From a virus (lineage: Duplodnaviria; Caudoviricetes), in IMG/VR virus record IMGVR_UViG_3300026206_000005, positions 1 through 26,889 of that record: a DNA stretch of 26,889 bases; one strand, written 5' to 3'. Of the stretch, positions 7,606 to 16,300 are shown one piece after another. Position numbers and translations under genes: made by a program. The notes beneath the pieces are model-generated. The model did no database searches, had not been told where the DNA came from, and saw only the letters and a program-made list of their open reading frames with translations. Positions within the stretch are counted from its first letter, which is position 1. Each line of letters starts with the position of its first letter.

Positions 7606-9451
7606 CTACCAACAGTATATTCACAAGAGTAGGTATGCTAGGTATTTACCTGGTAAAAACAGGAGAGAAAACTGGGCAGAAACAGTTAGTAGATACATTA
7701 CTTTTTTTGAACTTCATTTAGATATTAAAATTCCTAAAAGAGTTTATGATTCTATTTACAATCTAGAGGTTATGCCATCTATGCGCGCTTTTATGACGGC
7801 TGGCAAGGCGTTAGAAAGAGATAACGTAGCAGGATATAACTGCTCATACTTGCCAATCAACAGTTTGAGAGCGTTTGATGAAACGTTGTACATACTTATG
7901 TGCGGTGTGGGCGTTGGTTTTTCTGTAGAACGGCAGTATATATGTGAACTTCCAGAAGTCGCAGAAACGTTACACCTTAGTGATACAGTTATAACGGTTC
8001 GAGATAGCAAGATCGGTTGGGCATCTGCATACAAAGAATTAATATCGATGTTGTTCAGCGGTTCTATACCGTCTTGGGATTTGTCCAAGATTAGGGCAGC
8101 AGGTAAGCCACTCAATACATTCGGTGGTAGAGCTTCTGGGCCAGAACCATTAGATAGATTATTCAAGGTTACTGTAGGGGTGATTAAAAAAGCTCACGGA
8201 AGAGAGCTTACATCTATAGAATGTCATGACATTATGAACTACATTGGAGAAGCTGTTGTTGTTGGTGGAGTTAGGCGCACAGCAGAGATATCTCTAAGTA
8301 ATCATTCTGATGGACGCATGCGCGATGCTAAAATGGGTCAGTGGCCTGTTGACAACCCACAAAGGGGTTTAGCTAACAACTCTATTTGTTACACGGAGCG
8401 TCCAGACGTTGGCGCTTACATGAGAGAATGGTCTGCACTGTACGAGTCTCGCAGTGGAGAGAGAGGTATATTCAACAGACAGGCGTGCAAGAACATGTCT
8501 CCAGAAAGAAGAGACACAGATTATGACTTCGGGACGAACCCGTGTTCAGAAATAATTTTACGCCCGAATCAGTTCTGCAATTTATCTGAAGTAGTAGCAA
8601 GACCTGACGATACTAAAATGTCTTTGTTGAATAAAATAGAGATTGCTACTATATTGGGAACTCTGCAGGCTTCGTTAACTAATTTCAGATACCTATCAAG
8701 TAAGTGGAAAAAGAATACAGAAGAAGAAGCATTGTTAGGAGTTAGTATAACTGGTATATACGATTGTCCTTACCTACTTGAGAGCGAACCGAAGCAGTTA
8801 GAGGAATTAAAAAACCATGCAATCAAGATCAATGAAAGATGGGCAAAGAATATCGGTATTAATCCAGCTGCTGCTATTACTTGCGTTAAGCCTTCTGGTA
8901 CCGTTTCTCAGCTTACTGATTCTGCTAGCGGTATTCACCCTCGCTACAGCGAATACTATATCCGCCGCGTACGCAACGATAAAAAGGATCCTTTATCGAA
9001 AACTCTTATAGATCAAGGAATTCAATACATAACAGATCCGTATAACGATAATGCCTATGTGTTTGAATTCCCAAGGAAATCACCAAAAAGCGCAATAACA
9101 AGGAAGGAGATAAACCCGATATATCAACTGGGGCTGTGGAAGAAGTTTGCTATTTCCTGGTGCGAACACAAACCAAGCATGACGTGTTATGTTAATGAAA
9201 AAGAGTGGCCAGAAGTAGGATCTTGGGTATGGGCTAATTTTGATATAATGAGTGGAGTCAGTTTTCTACCAAGTGCTGACGAAGGTCATATATATCAAGC
9301 CGCCCCTTACGAGGATATAACCGCTGCGGAATATAAAGTACTACTCAAGAAAACTCCTGTTGAAATTGATTGGTCGCTACTATCAGAAGAATCTGATAAC
9401 ACCACCGCAACACAAGAGTTGGCCTGTGCCGGCGATAAATGCGAAATCTAA
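7598..9451 (+). CDS. nrdJ: Class II adenosylcobalamin-dependent ribonucleotide reductase
   Basis: YNCSY, GGVRR, GTNPCSEI, FCNLSEV, TCVKPSGT and C-terminal CAGDKCEI. No small subunit adjacent; 617 aa. Confidence 0.92.
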   Translation: MDSYQQYIHKSRYARYLPGKNRRENWAETVSRYITFFELHLDIKIPKRVYDSIYNLEVMPSMRAFMTAGKALERDNVAGYNCSYLPINSLRAFDETLYILMCGVGVGFSVERQYICELPEVAETLHLSDTVITVRDSKIGWASAYKELISMLFSGSIPSWDLSKIRAAGKPLNTFGGRASGPEPLDRLFKVTVGVIKKAHGRELTSIECHDIMNYIGEAVVVGGVRRTAEISLSNHSDGRMRDAKMGQWPVDNPQRGLANNSICYTERPDVGAYMREWSALYESRSGERGIFNRQACKNMSPERRDTDYDFGTNPCSEIILRPNQFCNLSEVVARPDDTKMSLLNKIEIATILGTLQASLTNFRYLSSKWKKNTEEEALLGVSITGIYDCPYLLESEPKQLEELKNHAIKINERWAKNIGINPAAAITCVKPSGTVSQLTDSASGIHPRYSEYYIRRVRNDKKDPLSKTLIDQGIQYITDPYNDNAYVFEFPRKSPKSAITRKEINPIYQLGLWKKFAISWCEHKPSMTCYVNEKEWPEVGSWVWANFDIMSGVSFLPSADEGHIYQAAPYEDITAAEYKVLLKKTPVEIDWSLLSEESDNTTATQELACAGDKCEI

Positions 9452-9696
9452 TAGAAGGAACAGATTATAGTGTAGAAAGATATTCTATGGGAGACAGAGA
9501 AAATAAAACATATTGGTTTATGTTAATAAGCGGTAAACAAACATACTTATGTTGTAAGGGACCTTTTAAAACGGAAGAATACAGAGATCATGCAGTAATA
9601 GAAGAGGTAAAAAGTCGTGAAATATCTAGCAATAGCAGTAGTAATAGTAGGAATCGTAATAGCATCTGGTTGCGCATTAAACGTAAGATTAGATGA
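9439..9696 (+). CDS. Hypothetical protein
   Basis: 85-aa ORF overlapping the nrdJ end. Its S/N-rich tail is the off-frame reading of the next lipoprotein gene. Confidence 0.55.
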   Translation: MRNLIEGTDYSVERYSMGDRENKTYWFMLISGKQTYLCCKGPFKTEEYRDHAVIEEVKSREISSNSSSNSRNRNSIWLRIKRKIR

Positions 9697-9748
9697 AGAT
9701 TCCTTTTCTTTTCAATACAGAAAACTTGTAGGTGAAGAATATGAGTAA
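9617..9748 (+). CDS. Small lipoprotein (43 aa; not in ORF track)
   Basis: GTG 9617 with RBS GAGGT. Translation MKYLAIAVVIVGIVIASG|CALNVRLDEDSFSFQYRKLVGEEYE has a type II signal peptide and lipobox. Confidence 0.72.
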   Translation: MKYLAIAVVIVGIVIASGCALNVRLDEDSFSFQYRKLVGEEYE

Positions 9749-9914
9749 GGTGTGCTTGTTTTTAGTGTTCAGTTTAATGTTTGTTGTAACAGGGTGCGTA
9801 GAGGTTGGTCAAACAACTGGTGGCGTTGATGTATGTACTGGAGACGCTGCGGAATGTGGAGACGGACATGATGAAAGTAACAACAACACGACAAACACTA
9901 CAGATACAACCTAA
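9741..9914 (+). CDS. Small lipoprotein (57 aa)
   Basis: ATG 9741 overlaps the upstream gene end. MSKVCLFLVFSLMFVVTG|C lipobox, two further Cys and an acidic T/N-rich tail. Confidence 0.75.
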   Translation: MSKVCLFLVFSLMFVVTGCVEVGQTTGGVDVCTGDAAECGDGHDESNNNTTNTTDTT

Positions 9915-9938
9915 CAACGCTGAAACCATCAACTTACG

Positions 9939-9989
9939 CCGCTATAATCTACATCAGTAAACTGTTGTTATTGGTGTATTTTATAGCGG
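9939..9989 (+). other. Long intergenic stem-loop (possible RNase III site or promoter-overlapping palindrome)
   Basis: CCGCTATAA (9939-9947) pairs with TTATAGCGG (9981-9989); TACATCAGTAA (9950-9960) pairs with TTATTGGTGTA (9968-9978) using 2 G-U pairs; 2x2 internal loop. Confidence 0.65.
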
Positions 9990-9993
9990 GGAT

Positions 9994-10251
9994 ATGGTTC
10001 TCTCCATGAATAAAGAAGAAAGTGACGATTTTATTTTTAAATTAGTTTACGTAGATTGGGTAGATACAGTCTCTTCCGCTGATTGGGATACCAAAGATAA
10101 TGTGAATCCTAAACTAGTAAAACAGGTTGGTTGGGTGGTTCATAATGATGCTAAAGTTATAAAAATAGCTTCCACATATTCTGAAGAAGAATATTATTCT
10201 ATAACTGCTATACCTGTTGGATGTATATTATCGGTAAAAAGCGTTACATAA
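9994..10251 (+). CDS. Conserved small beta-rich phage protein
   Basis: The pattern V.V.W.D....W...VGW...IP...I..V recurs in small phage hypothetical proteins. Last gene of the + arm. Confidence 0.75.
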   Translation: MVLSMNKEESDDFIFKLVYVDWVDTVSSADWDTKDNVNPKLVKQVGWVVHNDAKVIKIASTYSEEEYYSITAIPVGCILSVKSVT

Positions 10252-10254
10252 GGT

Positions 10255-10317
10255 GATCGGGGACTCGACGCAAATATTTACGCAGGGAGAGGACGCTTTC
10301 TCTGCGGAGCCCCGATC
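10255..10317 (+). other. GC-rich nested stem-loop at the convergence of both arms (atypical terminator or structured RNA)
   Basis: GATCGGGG(A)CTC pairs with GAGCCCCGATC and encloses CGCAGGGAGAG-gacg-CTTTCTCTGCG. No U-tract on either strand. Confidence 0.6.
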
Positions 10318-13300
10318 TAATTCTTAAGCCATCCTTTTGTTACTTCATGAAACTGTTTGTTCATATCATCTCTGGATTTTCTTCCATCCAATAATATACC
10401 AAACTCTACCTCGACATATTCATCGAATTCTTTCTTGCTCATGCTGTTGGTGGAGAGATATTCCTTTCTTCTCTCATCAGCAGTCATACCCTTGTACCTC
10501 TCTTTCGCGCTCTCTCTAACTTTTTGTAAAGCCTCATGCTTACGCTTGTATGACTCACTTTCTTCGCTCTTGAGGAAGCTACTCTGATCTGCCCCTTGAG
10601 ATTTTAGATACTGATTAATCATACTAGCTTTAGACTTGCGACCATCAGGGTTAAACCCAAGTTTAGTACGCATGTGCTTGTCTAGTTCACGACGATCCAT
10701 ATCAACTATCTGATCCTTAGACAGTTTTATTCTTTTTGCAGCATCGTTAGTAATAGAGTCTAGTAGTTTCTGTCGTTTAGCTTCCTTTGTTGCTGCTTTC
10801 TTTTCTTCTCTTTTTTCAAGAGTTCGTTTTCTTATTAGCTTACCCTTTTTATCTTTCGTATAATACGGATCCGCGCCCAAAGCTTCACGTATAGGTTTAG
10901 ATTTAGTAAGAGGTATGGCTCTAGCAAGTCTACCTTCAAGATCAAGTTCTTTACCCTGAGCCACATCAGCTCCAGCTTTACCTATGTTTCTAAATTGCTT
11001 ACCCATCGGACCTATAATATAATCAAGCATATCATCATAGGGATCCTTACCTTGCCAAGACCAATAGTTAGGTGTTCCTATTTGTACTGCAACAGATCCT
11101 AATGGGCCCATCAAACCTGTTCTTTCGAAATCTTGTATAAACTTGGCCCAATCTGGAGCCTTTTCTTCCCACGGGTCTTCATCTTCGCCATACTTGATAA
11201 GGTATGCTATCGCCTGAGCAAACTGTACAGCACCGTACATGGCTGCGGCGGTTCCAAACATGCCAGCTATTTGCTTGCTCTGTTGATACTTCTTGGAAAC
11301 GCCCTTACCTTCGGCAAACCTAACTCGTTGAGCTATAGTATTTATGAAGGTATTAGCAAATGTCGTAATGAAAGATTTGAACAATAAGAACGGTGCAAAC
11401 CTAGGATCTCTAAATACCTTGGGTAAACTACCTTCGCTCGGTAATGTAACAACAGACTGAACAAACCTATGTGCTGGACCAGCCAAATCTAATTTAAACT
11501 CTGGTGGTACGTCATGTATCTGTCTATGGCCAGCATCATACCACCTTACTAACTCATTTATTTCACTGTTGCTTAGTCCAAGATATTTGAGATTGCTCTT
11601 GATTTGAGCTACGGTAGAATCTAATTTAAAACCCTTACCTCTCTTAGCTTTCGACAATGCCTTAGCATCAGCTACTATATTCTGGTTGAGGTTAGTTAAC
11701 GCCATTAACTGTTGCATCTGAGTCATGGTCGTTAAAGCTGTAACCTCGAAATACACGTCCATGTTAAGCATGGCCCTAACTTGTCTTGCCCTGAACCTTC
11801 CTTTCTCTAGGTTTCCAAGACCGTACAGCCTGTATAATGCTTTAATCGGGAACGAATTACCAGTTGATCCTACACCAGCTTTAATAAAACTGGGCCCAAC
11901 ATATCGTTGAGCTGCAGCCTCTCCTAAGTTAGCTAGATCGTACAATCCTAACTGCCTTAGCATGGCCGCTCTCTTTCCCATCCTAGTCTTAGGATTGAAG
12001 TACCCCTTCATAGCCTTCCCAGTTAACAGCTTGTGCATACCGTTTAAGCCACGTAGAACGGCAAAGGTAGATGCTCCAAGAATGTTTGTCGCAAACTTAG
12101 CAGGGTTTTTAGTTCCTAATGCTGTAGCGGTAAGAAACTCTGGCATAGACGCAAGAGATACCAGTGTGAGACTAGCCATGGTAGTAGCGTTCATTGCAGA
12201 CTGCAATACCTTTCTACCTCTAGTAGGTATGGTATTGACCTTGTATCGATGGTTGATGATATCCATCAACTCGTCTATATCCTTTATAATGTCTTCAACG
12301 TTAATTAAGGTAGTACCGGCATTCTTCCTATTATGCTCAGCTACTTCTTTTCTTATATCGCGCTTCAGTTTATTTAAGTTTTCATTTCTATGACCAAATA
12401 ATTCGGCATAAACAGTTTTCTCTATAGCCTTGTCGATAAACCTAGGAATAATCGCTTGGTAATCGTTGAGAAGTAAATCTTCAAGCTGTTCTCTGGATAT
12501 CTCCCTTTCTATTTTTTCAAATAATTCTTGTTGACTTTTTATACTGCTTTCACCATCTAGGCGCGCCTTAATAGTAAAGTCACCAGACACAAAACCGCCA
12601 CTGCTTAAGATAATGTTATAAGCATCCGTAGCATCGTACTTTTCGTTGGCAGCATCATCCACTATACCTATACCGTTAAGTAGATCCATAAGTTTCCTTC
12701 TACCTTCAGGTGAAGCAACCTTATCTACATCAAATACTCGTGGAAATACGCCACCATCCAAAGGTCTGAGCGAAAAGTCTTCAGTATGTTTTTTACCAGT
12801 CTTGTCTGACCAGGCATATATTTTTTCTACAGCTACTTTTAATTTTTCAGCAGCTTCAGCTACCTTTCCATTTTCTGGAATTATACCCCTAGAGAAAAAG
12901 TCTGTCAGCTGCTGGTTTATTTTTCTAGATATAACGCCGCCTCGATTGGTAAGCGCATCTATCTGCTGTTGTATTTCAAACCTGAATTCACCCAAAGCCA
13001 TAGACTTCTTCTGGACATAGTCTCTTCCAGACTTCGTCTCCTTCTCTCTTAGCTTATGGTGTGGAGCTCTAAGTACTGTATCTGCTACGACACCAGCTGT
13101 TTTAGAAGCTCCTGAGTGACGTCTTACAGTTTGTGCAGCCTGACTATAGAGGAATCCCCAAAGAGATCGTAGTGTAGTTCTCTCTCTAGCTTTAGGTCGT
13201 GATGTCTCGTCACTACCGGTATACTCCTGTTGCGCCGCATCGTCCGCCTTTGTTTGTTCCTGAGAGCTTGGCGATGTATAGGCAGCACCAGTTTCATTGT

Positions 13301-16300
13301 ACTGTTGTTCGTTATCAGGGTTTACTCCTGTTTGGTTGTTAACAGCATCTCCAAAAGCTTCTTCTATTGTTCTTTTCTTTGGTAATCCTTTTTTCTTGGG
13401 TTCTGACCAAGCATTAAGCCAAGTGCTTTCGTCACTGTATTCTGGGCCGGCATCTTCTTCTATCTCAACCGGGCCTAATATGCCAACTATTTGTTCTTCT
13501 AAATCATGAATAGCATTACCAGTATTAATATCTTCTCTTCCAGTATATTCTTCAATATCTAGGTTATAAAGTCTTTCGGCGGTTTCAGTAAAAGAAACCA
13601 AATTTAAGTATTCTTCCAGGTTTGTTTTAGCTAAATGTTTAAGTCTTTGCTGTAAATCTTTTGCAGGGTATTTAAGAGAAAACACTGATTCTAAAGGAAT
13701 CATTAAGTCACTAACTGGAGCAATCCTTTCTTCTGTGGAAAGGGTTTTAGTTATATCTTTTATTACGTCTTCCGATACGTTATTGTTTCTCAGTATCTCA
13801 TTAGCATATTTGAACTTGTCTGGATTAACAATCGCAGACTCACCTCTAGGTGCTTCCATTTTTGCTTTTATTTCTCTAGCTCTAGCCGTAAGTTTTTCTT
13901 CTTCAGACAGTACAGCTTTTTCACCGCGTAGTATTTTGGTTGCGGTTAAGTTTTCTCTAACTGCTCCAGTAGAATAAAGATTATCTACTAAATCGTTAAG
14001 ATCATTCTTGCCAACGTTAATTCCGACCTTGGCTAGAATCATTTTGACTACTCTCTTGAATTTAGTAACCCAAGTTTCAGTATTCATAGAATCACTTTGA
14101 TACGCTAATAATTCAGAAAACATGTTCCACACCCTTTTCGATGCTTCTAATCTTTCTGATGATGTAGCAGCTGGTTTAGCTGCATCCCTCATTAACATAT
14201 CTAAAAACTCTATAGCCTCTTCATTACTCTCGATAATGACTGGCTTACCTTCTATAGAAAGTGTAGATAAGCCAAGACGTAAGAAAGCGTTTTCATCTTT
14301 GCGCATAAAATCAATCATTTCTTTTCTATACGCTTTATATAACTCTCTCCTGAACTTACCTAATTCTTTCTCGCTAAAGTTTGTACCAGTGCGATCTAAT
14401 ATTGCTCGCTCCCAAGCAAAGTGATTAACGTGGGTAATTTCGTGTTGTAGAACTGATCTAATAGCATATTCTTGAAGTTTTTCTTTTCCTATTTTCTCCA
14501 TTAACTCTTCTGGAGAAATACCAAGACGCGTTGCTTGCTCACCTATAACTTCAGTAATACCAGTTTCGTCAAATCGGGCTAAGTTTATAACTATTCTATA
14601 ATTACCGTGCAGTAGGCGCTCCTTGGCCATACCAAACTTACCCTTAGAGCCAGCTATAAACTCATCAGCTATAAGAATAGTAAATTTATCATCAAGATTT
14701 GGAACATATGCAAATTCTACATGGACTTCTGCTGTATCTCTACCACGAAGATTTAATTTCTTTATGATTCTTTTGTAGTCTATGCCGGGTAAATGCTCTT
14801 TACCGAAGAAAACATATTTTCTCTTGCCTGCAGTTTTTTTCTCGTCTATTACTTTAGCTTCGGGGTCTTGGTAAGCATTTGTAGTTTCAGGCTCGGTACT
14901 AACGGCAGCATCTACAGTAGGAGTATCTTCTTTTACTATTTTTTTGTGCTCTTCAATATCGCGCTGCGTATCCTTAATGTGTTGTTTTTGTTCTTCAATC
15001 TCCTTGTCTATTTCTTCAAGCTGTTTGTTATATTCTTTTTCGGTAGGATAAAGATCAGTATCTGGCGTTTGTCTTTGAAGAAGTTTCAGAAATTTTTCTT
15101 GTCTAACTAAATATTCTTCAAGTTCTGGTATTCTAGATTCTTCAAATAGCGGTCTTGTTTCTTTTTCTTCGCGTATAATTTCACCTTCTAATGGTTCTGC
15201 TTTTTTGATAGCTATTTCTTCTTCGATAGCTTCTATATTGTTCTTCTCTATTTCAATATCTTCAGCGATTTCTTCAGCAGAATAATCATCTTCAAACCCT
15301 TCAGGAGGAATTCCCGCTTCTAAAGATTTTAATCGATCTCTAGCAGATTTTAACTGTTGATCAAGTTCGTTAAGACCTGGAATCTTATCAGTTAATTCTT
15401 TTGTCCTTGCTATTTCTTCTATTTCTTGCTGTTTCTCATCAAAGGCTCGCATAGCCTCCCGTTTTCTTTTGTTTGTATTGTCTTCCTGGTCTCTTAATTC
15501 TTGTACCAGCTCTACGTTGTTTTGTATTGGTTGGCGCCTTCGCTCTCTTTCTTCTAGTATTTTCTGCTCTTTATCAAATTCTTGCCTAATTTTTGTGCCG
15601 GGAGCACGATCAGGATCATTCTGATCTCTTAAGTTTTGTATTTGACCTATGTTGTTCTGTATTAACGGGCCTGGTCTAGACTGGCTGATAGGTTCTTTTC
15701 TAAAACCAAAACCGTCAGTGCCTAAAATTTCAAAGGCTCGATCATAAGGCCTATTCATATAATCGTAGTTTTCTATTTCTTCATACCTCATCGGGCCGCC
15801 ATCATCACCCGTATTATCAAAATCTCTCTCTACGTTTGTAAATACTGGACGTAGCTCGTCACCAACAGCATTGGTACTGAAGTTATCTTTGACATAGGCC
15901 ATTATCGCTTTGTCTACATCTATTTGAGAAACCTCTTGAGACTCAACATAATCAGGTATTAACTCTGAAATATGTACTTCGCCGACAACTTCCATACCTA
16001 TATCAGGAGCACCGCTATATGAAGCATCGTATACGGTTACTATTCCGTTGTCTGGGTTAAACTCGACATCGATAGTATGTTCAAAACCCGTTGTTTCTCC
16101 CGGGTATTGATCCTTCCAACCAGATACGTCGAAGTTGTATGCAGACCACAGAGGTGGATTTGCATAATCAAACCTAACTAAAGTAGCGGGTAAACCAGCC
16201 TGTACTGGAGCGCTAACAGCAGCTTCGGGTGCTAAATCAGGAAGAAGATCGGTAGGACGAACAGTTGCAGCAGCTTGAGCCATATCCCTAGCTTTTCTAA

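Noticed and set aside
330-8166. Short - strand ORFs within the replication arm
   Set aside because: Fully nested antisense to well-supported genes.
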